Source of the DNA: Auanema rhodensis
Lineage: Eukaryota > Animalia > Nematoda
DNA length: 64,000 nt
Direction: 5' to 3'
Assembly: GCA_964057225.1 (NCBI GenBank)
Contig: OZ059897.1
Span: 5,766,001-5,830,000 of the forward strand
Shown here piece after piece: positions 1 through 20,113 of this stretch (its first letter is position 1; every line of letters begins with the position of its first letter). The notes under the pieces were generated by a model. It was not told the DNA's origin and made no database searches. It worked only from the letters and a program-made list of their open reading frames with translations. The position numbers were made by a program, and so were the translations under genes.

Positions 1-521
1 CTGCTGGTCAAGTTTCTATTACTTTATTGACATTGAACGGAGCCAATACCCTCTCTGTACTAGTTGCTATTTATGGAATTTATAAGCTTAAACCAGTTTT
101 CATTATTCCTGATGCTGTAATTAAAGTAAGTACATCTAGCTTTCTCTATATTTGTTTCATATTTGAATTATTTTATTAGGTTTGTCTTTGCTCGTCTTCA
201 CTGTTTTATACATTGCATCTAGCAGAAACCAGAAATTTTGACTCTGAATTTCACTTTGTATGGCTTCTTGTGTCTTATGTTATCTTAATGTGGGAGCTGC
301 AATCCATTATTCGTATCTCGTTTGACATAATCAAACAAACTGATTCGAAAAAGTCTGTGAAACCACCTCCCTCCTACAATCAGGTACATTCCATGAGCTT
401 GAGCAAAAACTTACAACTTAATTTGCAGATAATTTTGGAAGAACAACCTCCTTCATATTTAGAAGCTATAGAGAAAATAGAAAAAGGTGCTTCTCCAATA
501 TCTGGAATACACATCGTATGA
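1..521 (+). CDS. 3' part of a membrane protein with two C-terminal PPSY (PPxY) motifs; 5' end lies outside the window
   Basis: Exons separated by short GT-AG introns (125-179, 384-428); hydrophobic segment FVWLLVSYVILMW; ends ...KPPPSYNQ|IILEEQPPSYLEAIEK...GIHIV*. Confidence 0.6.
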
Positions 522-1408
522 GCATAGTCTCGCTGTATTATATCGAAAACGGCACAGCACGAGCTTTTATTAAGTGAATCATCAACATATCTGCTAAGAT
601 GATTGAGCCGTTCGGCAATCTTAGTTCAACGTCGGGTTTTTGTATAGTTAGTAACTGTAATATACTCATGATTTCCATCACATTGATCTCATTTCTTTAA
701 TTCTTTAACTTTGTATTATTCATACAATTAACTAAATGAATGTTTGGTTTTAAAAAGTTTTCGTTTTTGAACATTTCTTACAATCTCTTACACTCTTGAT
801 TTTAACAGATACATAAACATATACTACAGAAGAAAACAGTATGAATGACACACTCCTGTCTTTAAAGAAGATAGATTCTTATTATATTTGAAACATTACA
901 ATATAGAGTACATAGGTGATGGCGTCAAGACCTTCGTACTCTATGTTCAATTTCATAAATCGAGAAATTTATCAATCAAAGTTCATACTTCGGGTATGAG
1001 TAACATGACGAATAAATAAAAAGATTTTTGTATATAAATTCTTTGTTTTTCTTTTTAAAATTATGTACATTATCAGTTTTAAAATAAACATTATTGCATA
1101 TTTAGTATGGCCACTAGCAAACTAAAAAACTACACGTAAACAACAGATCTTAGAGGTCAAGATTACCATATTTCAGATGAGTAATCATCTGTTTTGATTT
1201 CAAAAATTTACAAATTAAAATGAACCCTCCAATAAGGGGTAAAATTTTCAAGGAAAAAATAATTTGAAATATCACACTCTCATGTAAAAAACATTCGGCT
1301 GCTTGGAGCACATATTTACAAGATTGTTGGTTGAAGCTGATTTTTTTCCTGAAAGACCAACACTGTATAAAATTACTGAAAAGATCGTACTTACTTCATT
1401 CTATTATA

Positions 1409-9839
<8,431 letters not shown>

Positions 9840-10133
9840 AATTAATAAACAGTCATTAGGGCTTCTGAAATACAATATATTAGAGAAAAGAAGTATCCAA
9901 AAATGAAAGCAAATATATAATAAGTCATAAATAACATGTTAATAACTTGCTTCTGTCATACTTAAAAGTTGAAGATATATATGAATGTAATAACGACATT
10001 TTGCCGTTTTTAAAATATACAAATTGAATCACAGTGCATGTTCTAATTGGTAATTGAAAATTAAATTTAAGAATCATCAATAATATGAAAGTTTTGTGCG
10101 GGTTTTAACAGAAACTGTGCATTGCCTGCATTA

Positions 10134-10145
10134 GCCCCGCCCACC
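10134..10145. promoter_or_regulatory. GC-box (GCCCCGCCCACC) in the ~400 bp bidirectional promoter between pecanex and sgt-1
   Basis: Sp/KLF-type motif in otherwise AT-rich DNA between divergent starts at 9839 (-) and 10257 (+). Confidence 0.45.
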
Positions 10146-10256
10146 TACTCTTAGGTTTATCATTCATTGATGGTGCTCTTGTATTTTAGGCTTTTACCGT
10201 TGTAATTGTTGATTTAGTAAATTTTTTTCCGAAACAATTTTTTTTTTAAGATTGTG

Positions 10257-11594
10257 ATGGCTGAACCCACTCCCAATGCTACTGTTGCTTCTAGCGACGA
10301 AAAGAACTTGGTTGTTTCTTTTATTCAATTCATTCGTCATAAGGTTTCCGCCAATGAATGTAACATGGATCAAGTTGAGGCTCTTGAAGGTAAGATTAAT
10401 TTAATTACAGTTATGTATTTTTTCTTTAGTTGCCGTTCAATGTCTTGAATCTGCTTTTGGATTGAGCGATGCTAATTATGCTTTCCAACCTTCTAAGCCT
10501 CTCCTTGATATTTTCGTTGGAGCTGAAGGATTACCCACTGTTTATTCTAATGTATTGCATTTATTTATACTTTATGTTTTAAGGGTGAAACTGCTCTTCC
10601 CGAACCTACTGATGCTGAGATTGTTCAAGCTAACAAACTGAAGGAAGAAGTAAGTGGAAGGTTACAGAACTTTCGAGAAAAAACTGTCTATTTAGGGTAA
10701 CGAGCTTATGAAAGCCTCCAAGTTCGATGCTGCTGTCAATAAATATAATGAAGCAATTAAGCTTAACAGAGACCCAGTATATTTCTGCAACAGGTTATTT
10801 AATATTTTTTTTTTGTATTTTATATATTTTTGCAGAGCTGCCGCTTTCTGCCGTCTGGAACAGTACGATCTCGCTATTCAGGATTGTCGCACCGCTTTGG
10901 CTTTAGATCCAAATTACAGCAAAGCTTATGGAAGAATGGGGTTGATATTATTTTTTATTTTAATATGTTTATTGAAGTTTTTAGTCTCGCTTTGTCATGC
11001 CAAAATCGTTATGCTCAAGCTGTTGAGGCTTACCAGAAGGCTTTAGAATTGGAGCCAAACCAAGAAAGCTATCAAAATAATTTAAGAATTGCTGAAGAAA
11101 AAGTAAAGGAACTCGAAGGCGCAAGAGAAGCTCAGCCAAACGTAATTAATATTCTTTTTTATTTTGAATTTATATTGTATACAGAATCCATTTGGAAGTC
11201 TTTTCGGTGCTGCTGGTGGTCCAGGAGGTATGGATATTGCTTCTCTCTTAGGAAGTCCCCAAATGATGAATATGGCCCAAACTTTGATGTCTGATCCATC
11301 TATTCAAAACATGATGTCACAGATGGTTTCTTCTGGACAAGGTCTGGGAAACATTTTCCAAGCTGGTCAACAGGTTCTTAAAATTTTTCTACATTTGTTT
11401 CACAATTTTAATTTTTAAGCTTGCTCAACAAATGCAACAAAGTAATCCTGAATTCGTGGAACAACTTAGGAGACAATTTGAAGGTCATGGCCCCAGTAAG
11501 CTATTTTTTTAAAATTGAATGTAGAATAATGTTATTATTTTCAGACCAAGATGAAGACCAAGGCCAAAATCCTCCTAACCCTCCTCCACAGTAA
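10257..11594 (+). CDS. sgt-1: Small glutamine-rich TPR co-chaperone (SGTA)
   Basis: N-terminal dimerisation domain (LVVSFIQFI...[15 protein letters not shown]); TPRs ([37 protein letters not shown]); Q/M-rich STI1-like tail. Confidence 0.95.
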
Positions 11595-12216
11595 GTCACT
11601 GATACATGAACGTTTTTGTTGATTTGTAAAGTTTCTCTAATTATATGATATAATAGTGATTAGATGTTTACGATTTTTTTCCATAAATCATGCTTAACAC
11701 ATACATCTTTTCGCAAGTGATAGATTATACTATAATCATGTATATCATATAATTAGCATACATAGTTAACGTAAACGAGGCTATATAAAAAGCATAGAAC
11801 TTGTTTAAACCTGTTGAAGTTATTTTTTTTAATATTTTTCACTATTTGATTTAAATGTGTACTTCAAATGAGTAATAAATGCTTGTTACTTAACATTCTT
11901 AACTTCATTTCAAGAATTCATTTAGTAACGTTGTGTCAGTCGAAAGATAATCAGATTTTATTTCTGTCAGTTTAGGTTATTAGTTTATTAGTTATAAGTT
12001 CCAACGGATCTTATAACAAAGAACTCTTGTTTGTTTTTGAAAAGAATTGCTAATTAATACGTAGTGATGATGATTGAATTTAACAGAATGTGGTATTTCC
12101 CTTTGAAGAATAGGTCAACTTACTATTATTATGAAAGTATATTTGATAAACAAATAACACACAACGAATAAATACACGTTTATTGGAATTGATCAAAGGA
12201 ATATCACAGTGTTGCT

Positions 12217-14773
12217 TCAACAAATTACTCGCTGAATGCAAGAATCTCGAAGGCATTGCAAGGCAGTCTCAGTAAACTTGGGTCGACCTATATTCACTAA
12301 AGGTATTAGTTAATGGAAATATAAAATCAAACCTGAGTAATCGGCATAAGAAATCCATTCCAATTCTGGACAAAATTGTGCTAAATGATATATTGATTTA
12401 TCTGTACAAGCTGTACCACGTATTCTAACTTCACGAAGAGAACATCGCCTGAAACTTAATCTTTTAAACCACCAGTATTACTACTATAGATCACTTGGCT
12501 AAGTTGCAAATTCCTTTGTCAGTAACCCATCTACATCCATTAAAGTTAACAGTCTCCAACCTTCTACAATTATCTCCCAATAAACTAATGAAACGATCAT
12601 CAATTGAATGCATATGTGATGTTTCAAGATCCTTAATTAGTTATTTATATATCGAAATCGAGAAGCTTAATACCACAAGATTTCTGGCTCCTTTAGCTAT
12701 AGCAAAAAGAATGCGATATGTAATTCTCATTCGACATATTTTTAATGATTGTAATCCGGATCCTCTAGATTTGCTGCCACCTTCAAAAGAGAATTAAAAT
12801 CAATATAATAATTAGATGATACGTCTATAGAATATTCTTTCATGATTATTTTATAATAAATAATATTTTATATTTTAGTACTAGTAGGTACATATATAAT
12901 GATAAGGGATTTCAACATCCCATAGAAGTTAACAATTTCTTTTGCAATTTTCGAAAAATATATACCTGCAAAGTATTTCTGAAGAATATTTGTATTTAGA
13001 TGGTTAACTGCTAGTGCTAAATGAGTGAGGTTTGGAGTGTTGTCAAGCAATTGATGTAAAGCTTCATCAAAGAGTCTCCATACAGATACCTAAAAATAGA
13101 TTTGTTTACCAAAAAAAAGTAAACAAATACCTGAAGAATCGTAATTTTGTGTCCCAAATAAGGCATTATACAAGTGAGCAAATTGTTCGCATTGTCTACA
13201 GCTGACTAAATTATTTTGGAATCATGTGATGTCAAGTGCCAAAAATCATTATAGCTTACAATGGTAGCATCTTGAACTGTTAACTGAAGGTTTATGGATT
13301 CTAGATATGGCTGATTCTCCAAACACCGAACTAATGCCATTGGATCTTCATTACCACTAAGGGAAATTCGGATAGAATGAACAGTTGGAGGTAAAACAGG
13401 GAAAATGGCAAAGTAGTTTCCTTTAAATATCAAAACTTTTTAAAATAAACAAAAGAATTATATACCATATAAATCAACATCTCTTAGATTAATTCCATCA
13501 ATTTTGCAAGGTTCTTGTTCCATGCGATCTGTTTCAAAGTTCTGGAATTTGCTCTCATTTTCACATTCTTGAGAATATCATGTGTTATTCATGAAAGTAC
13601 AGTTGTAATTTAAGTGTAGAACCAAACGCTTTTTGAGCATTTGAAGTTTGAATTCAATACAGTAATACTTTCAAGAAATTGTTCACAATTTCAAAGATAT
13701 CCCTTTAGGATATTAGAAGCAAACATACATCTTTAAAAAATCGGGCTATTGAAAGCTGACTTAAATTTGGGCATTGAACTGAAAGATGGTTAAGAGATGT
13801 TCCTGGATTGGAAAGACTTGATGGGAAATCCATTTGAAGAACCTGAAAAACGTTCCCTATTTGCTTTAACTTTTCTTTTTTTGATCTTGAGGAAGTATAC
13901 ACGTTGAAGAGGCAACAAACAAACGATTGATTTTTCAATAAAAAACAAAACGAAAGCATATGGCCTGTTTGTTGTGAGTAAATTGGATGAATCAGAAATT
14001 TTTTTGATTCTTTCGTTGGAAAATTGATTAAAATTAAATGTATTTAAGGTTGACATACTTGTAGACGATCTCCAACATGATCTGCAATGTAGTACAAAGC
14101 TGTATCATCTAGTGCAGAGCAATGATTCAAATATAATGAACGAATATTCTGATGCCGAATTAAGACATCTCGAAGCCCATTACTTGTAAACTGAAGAATT
14201 TTTATATTGCTTGTATGCTCAGATTGTAGAAAAAACCTTTGCACATCCGCTAAGGTCTATTGTATGAAGATAGGGGCTATGTAAGTCGTGTAATGCTTCG
14301 TCTGTAAGTTGATTCATAGCTCTTAGTTCAACTGTATATAGGTTCGATTGAGATCTAGTAGCCCATTGTACACCCTATTTGGGAAAAAAAGATTTTCAAA
14401 TTCATTATATTCAACGTTCTTACTTGATTTGAAATCTTTGTGCATTCGACAAGAGTCATCTTATTCAAACGTTTGTTCAAAACTGTTAATGCTCTAAGCA
14501 TATTGTCTGTCAGATCATGGGTGAGAAAAAACGTCAATTCTGTCAGATTGGTTCCAAAATATGGTGAACATATGAGTCGATCACAATCGAGAGCAGATAA
14601 CTAAAAGTTGAAGTTAATGCAAGAATATATAAAGGTAAATTAAATACTTGATCATGACTAGCAAAAAACTGGAGAAGACGTTCTTTGCATTCTGCTGGCA
14701 TGTAGGCTAGATCATCACTTAACTCATGCTGACAAACTGATGATAGGCATATATTGAACAGAGACCGGACCAT
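12217..14773 (-). CDS. Cysteine-containing leucine-rich-repeat protein (FBXL/AMN1-type LRRs) with an N-terminal BC-box-like motif
   Basis: Repeats such as LHTIDLSGCAKFTSNGL, IRSLYLNHCSALDDTAL, LETVNFNGCRWVTDKGI; starts MVRSLFNICLSSV; ends ...CIQRVIC*. Confidence 0.8.
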
Positions 14774-15496
14774 TTAGAACATGTAAGTGAAGAAGCTCAA
14801 CCTAAAGTTTGAAAGAATGATATAAGGAATATAAGGAAAGTACTTAAACAGCGGTTCATATAGTTTGGAAAAAATGAAATAAAAAATTGCTCAGACAGAG
14901 AAAAGCGAGGAAAACACTCGAGATTCGGACTGACTGTATATCGTCATCTATGAAGAGCAAACATTACTGTTTAAAAGAAGAAAAACTGTGTAGAGTGAAT
15001 AAGAATAAGAATAATATTGCAATTCTCAAAATAATAATAAAATAATGACAATCACACAAATTTCTTGGGGTTTCGTCATCAGTATTACACAGCACAAGGT
15101 TTTTCAACCTGCCAAGAAGATTGAAGAGTTTTTGTTATTTTTGCTTAATACACAATATAAACTTCTAAAATTGCACAAAATTGATATTTTCAATTGATAA
15201 TTAAACAGAAACAATAGTGATAACTTTCAATTAAAGGCTTAAAAGTTGGTGAGGAAGTCAAACATTTGTGTGTTGGCTGTTCTCTCCTGCGGGTATTACA
15301 CAAGAATTGTGTGACAGGAGGCAAAAATCGTTGAAGAGAAGAGGTTGAGGGAAAGGCCAATAAACCACGTGAGCATCCGTTGCGATTCAACTGAATACGA
15401 GATAAAGAAAGATGAGAGAAACTCCAAGCATTTTCAAACCAATGAGAGCAATAACAAGACGTTTTTTTGACGTTTCGTAAAATATATCATCATACC

Positions 15497-16264
15497 TGGC
15501 ATTAAGATAAATTTAATATTGATACATGATTGATACATGATTGATACAACTTGAAAAAGATGGAAAAAACTTAATCCAACCTTTGATTGAGCATTCCTTA
15601 TATGTACTGGTTTAAAGCTCATTAGCATATCAAGGTGTTGCCTCACGCACACCACGTCCCGACAGAATCATTTTTAATTTTCGCAAGACCTGAGGTCGGT
15701 TGCATTCTAATACAAGTTTCCCATGATATTCTGAGAAAAATATGTATTAGATATAGTTAAGAACAAGAAAAGTATTATATAATATACAAAGTTTATTAAC
15801 CTTCAAATAGAAATATATTATAATATTAACAAAAATCTTTTGTTGAAACCTTATAGTTAAGTAAAATACAATTTTTGCATCGTTATGCATTATCACAACA
15901 AGGAATTTAAGTATTAACAATCAAAAACGAAAACAAATACCCAAAATAGATATAGAAACAGCTTATTCCCACGGATGCCACACAGATTCAGATTTAGATG
16001 AGATATTACGTGGAAGGTTGTGTTTTCGAGGTAAGTGAGGAGTAGTGTTACCGGAAATCATTAGACCTACAGGGCTCATCTCAACAGAAGAGCAATCCAT
16101 ATCATCTGATGAAGTATTTGTTGGAGAGGAATTAATAGAATCGTCATAAAGAATTTCTGATCGAATCATACGATCTGGGCTGAAACTTTCCTCTGATGAA
16201 GGTGAAGCTTGTAGCAAACCAGCTGACATAACATCTCTGAAAATAAAAAAGAATGTGAACTTTC
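15497..16264. repeat. 768-bp direct repeat, copy 1 (last exon, 3'UTR and downstream flank of bHLH gene A)
   Basis: Near-identical to 18276-19043; identity stops inside the last intron at GAATGTGAACTTTC. Confidence 0.95.
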
Positions 16265-18494
16265 TACTTCAACTTCTGATATACTTTAAGATATTTTCAA
16301 GTTGGTTGTATTTATATTCCCATTGGCTAGATTCGTTCTTCCATTGGCTTTTTTCCTTCTCTAGTTGATACATATATTCTAAAATTATCAATTTAAACAG
16401 AATTTTGTAAATTGTATATTTACGTTTAGATGTGCGGAGATAAATATTCGCTTGTTGTAGTACATCAGCTTTTTCCATTTTGGAAAAAATGTTTGGATTC
16501 TCATCAAGTAAGAATTGCTTCATTTCGCTCAACTCATTGCTTTCACGCTCACGACGTTGTCGTTCTTTTTGAGATTTCTGAGCCTAAAACAAGAAAGTTA
16601 TCTTGTCAACATACAGAGAATAATAAAATAATGAAAAACAAAAAATCACTAACCTTAGAAGAATCATCAGTAGATATAGTAAAGATGGTGTTAGCAAACA
16701 TAGTGTTAATTCTGAAAAATAGATGAATGAGAAGTTTTAAAACTCTTTTAAACATGATTAAGCTAACAGAATAGTGATAAAATTTAAAAATTATAAGCTG
16801 CAGTTATAAACATAATAGCACAAAACGCTATATATGGAGTGGCACAAATCGTGATTCACGTATTTCCTTCCAATATTCGAAAGTTGAGGGTAAATGGAGG
16901 AATCAGCACTAAAGGGAAGAGAGGAATGTTTGTTTCAAAGGTGATGTCAGTTTCAATGGTGCCGTTGGCTTATGATATCTATTGTAAGAAAACGGAATTA
17001 CTATACCTTGAATGAAGTTTAAAAAAAGGAAAAACAATAATATGAGAAACAATTGTCTAATTTAAATATAAATGAATATAATTCCAACGAGTTCGGTATA
17101 TTTGAAGAAAATCGTTCTTAAAATAAGAAAAAACAAAGAATCGATTCAATTCCGTTCAATGAATCTCTTTGAATGGAGGTAAAAATACACTGGGTCGGAA
17201 ATAGAAGTAATTGTAGTTTGATCAGTTAAGGTTCGACAAGTCTTTCGGGGAGGGAAGCTTACATGAAAAGAGAATTTGGCTTTGAAATTAAGAATTGATG
17301 ATCACAAAAGGTTGATATCTCGATATGCATAGAAACTTCATTGAATAAAGATGTTAAGGAGATTTTTGAAAAATTTGGAAGAGCAGACAGAACGAACACA
17401 GAATGTAGAATGACTATGCGAACTTATGATAATGATGAGGTGGTCGAAGGTTTGACTCATGAATGAGAAAAAGAGTTGCATTTCCCATCTAGGTTGCCGA
17501 AAATAACCAAACAGAAGTCAAATAACAATGAATACGTGAGGCAAGAAGAACATGAGCCTAATATGAAGGATCTTATGTCCAAATAGCTTTGGGTCTTATA
17601 CACTTGTACTTTTAAGGTCAACAGAGGTTAAAGAATCTGAAAAAGTTTTGAACAAGCTTTAGATAATTGATTGATAACCTTACAGCATTTTTATCATTTA
17701 TGAACATGTTATGGAAATTTTTCATCAACACTTGGTTCATAAAGTGATAACAGATGACAGCAGATGTATTGTAACCATAGGATATATTTTCTGTTGAAAA
17801 TAAATTTGAATCAAGTTCATAAATATATTTGAAGAGCAATTCAGAGAACATCCAGAGTTTCATATTGTTTTAATAAAAGTTTGAAGATTATAAATAAGTT
17901 GAAAACAATTCCTAAAGTTGATCTTACGATCACTAATTATCAGTACAGCTGGCAAATCGCTTTTTCATTGAAAGGATAGGTTATATTCTCTACTAACAGT
18001 CTTCCCATAAGATAATCTTCTTATAACGTTATGGGATGTATTAGATTCCCATCATGTTCACACCTTGGCTCACAGAAAAAACCTTTGGAGAACTCTACCA
18101 CAGGCTAGATTCCTTACCAGCTCTCTAATATTCTCAGATTTCAAATTATACCTTCATATTAAAATAAAATAAAATAAATAAACTTTGAATAAACAACGAT
18201 CTGATATAAATAAACTTTAATATACCAAAAAATAAAACTTATAATCACATCGCATCATATTCATTCAATAAGGATTGGCATTAAGATAAATTTAATATTG
18301 ATACATGATTGATACATGATTGATACAACTTGAAAAAGATGGAAAAAACTTAATCCAACCTTTGATTAAGCATTCCTTATATGTACTGGTTTAAAGCTCA
18401 TTAGCATATCAAGGTGTTGCCTCACGCACACCACGTCCCGACAGAATCATTTTTAATTTTCGCAAGACCTGAGGTCGATTGCATTCTAATACAA
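15507..18494. repeat. Left arm (~2.99 kb) of a large inverted repeat
   Basis: Reverse complement of 20114-23110 apart from a few SNPs and small indels. ORF-track peptides mirror each other (15963-16229/22388-22654, 16269-16532/22085-22348, 17618-17863/20745-20990). Confidence 0.97.
15963..16701 (-). CDS. HES/REF-1-related bHLH + zipper protein, copy A (4 exons), C-terminal WHPWE
   Basis: Spliced: MFANTIFTISTDDSSK|AQKSQKERQRRERESNELSEMKQFLLDENPNIFSKMEKADVLQQANIYLRTSK|QYMYQLEKEKSQW...QLENILK|DVMSAG...ESVWHPWE*. KMEKADVL is the HES helix-2 signature. Confidence 0.85.
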
Positions 18495-19043
18495 GTTTCC
18501 CATGATATTCTGAGAAAAATATGTATTAGATATAGTTAAGAACAAGAAAAGTATTATATAATATACAAAGTTTATTAACCTTCAAATAGAAATATATTAT
18601 AATATTAACAAAAATCTTTTGTTGAAACCTTATAGTTAAGTAAAATACAATTTTTGCATCGTTATGCATTATCACAACAAGGAATTTAAGTATTAACAAT
18701 CAAAAACGAAAACAAATACCCAAAATAGATATAGAAACAGCTTATTCCCACGGATGCCACACAGATTCGGATTTAGATGAGATATTACGTGGAAGGTTGT
18801 GTTTTCGAGGTAAGTGAGGAGTAGTGTTACCGGAAATCATTAGACCTACAGGGCTCATCTCAACAGAAGAGCAATCCATATCATCTGATGAAGTATTTGT
18901 TGGAGAGGAATTAATAGAATCGTCATAAAGAATTTCTGATCGAATCATACGATCTGGGCTGAAACTTTCCTCTGATGAAGGTGAAGCTTGTAGCAAACCA
19001 GCTGACATAACATCTCTGAAAATAAAAAAGAATGTGAACTTTC
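18276..19043. repeat. 768-bp direct repeat, copy 2 (last exon, 3'UTR and downstream flank of bHLH gene B)
   Basis: Near-identical to 15497-16264. Confidence 0.95.
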
Positions 19044-19516
19044 ATTTTCAAGGCACATCATACCTTAGACGGTATTCATACTGCTGAAGACGCCGAGCTT
19101 GATCTCTAATGATCTCCTCATTTCTTTCGATACAATTAGATTGCTGTCGGATTGTCTCCTCCATTTTAGTAATGATTTCCTCTTTCATTCTAACATTTTC
19201 TGAATAAAATTTGAATAAAATACTGTATATAACGATGTACAAAACTTACGTCCTAAAGAGGAAATATAGTGAACAGTCTGTTCGAGAATATCAGCTTTTT
19301 CCAGCTTGAAAGGATTATTTGGGAAAACAGATAGAAGAATTTGCTTTAAACGATTTATCAGAGCGTTTTCACGTTCACGGCGTTGGCGTTCCTTTTGTGA
19401 CTTTTGAGCCTAAAAATATCATAGTACTACCATATTTGAAAAGAGAAATATTTTAGAGACAAAATTCGAACCTTAGCGGATTCTTCTCCGGAGACTGGTA
19501 ACGTATTTGCAAACAT
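18742..19516 (-). CDS. HES/REF-1-related bHLH + zipper protein, copy B (4 exons, in the palindrome spacer), C-terminal WHPWE
   Basis: Spliced: MFANTLPVSGEESAK|AQKSQKERQRRERENALINRLKQILLSVFPNNPFKLEKADILEQTVHYISSLG|..NVRMKEEIITKMEETIRQQ...YEYRLR|DVMSAG...WHPWE*; canonical KLEKADILE. Confidence 0.88.
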
Positions 19517-20113
19517 GATTTTGAAAGAAAATCTATAAAAATATAAATTAGGTGAGATTTGAATATATACTATATAAAATTGTAAGAGTGAAATATCATA
19601 AAAGATAACCAATTCTAATCAGAATCAAGTCTACCGCTTAGCACGAGAGTGATTGTTCGTTGGTATGAAGGAGTTGTTACAGTTACATGGAGGTTGGACT
19701 TGAGTGGGCGGAGCCAGATTAGGTCAGATGAGAAAAAGTGAATATCAAAGTTGAACATGCTAACGGCAAGAAACACATGAACTAGACAAGTGAAAACAAT
19801 ATTTCAAAATACAAAACTATAAACTTTATGATAATTTGATTATTCCTATAAGTATTGGGCAATGAATAAAAAAAATAGTTTTTATTGTTAACACAAAAAA
19901 AAATGTTTAGCCAAGGGTAATTTTAAATGTTAAACCGGAAATATTTTGTAGTTTGATCATCACGAAATAAAAACTTAACCAATAGGAGTCATACAAAAAA
20001 AATTTTCCTTATAACCTGCGGCGAATAATTCAAATTATATAATGTATCGATTTTATAAATGACTTTTAATTCTTTGTCAGTACTGAATCTGAGATAACAC
20101 TACATCTGGTTCT

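Noticed and set aside
17618-17863. 81-aa ORF duplicated at 20745-20990
   Set aside because: Identity only reflects the inverted repeat; AT-rich composition, no recognisable domain or splice structure
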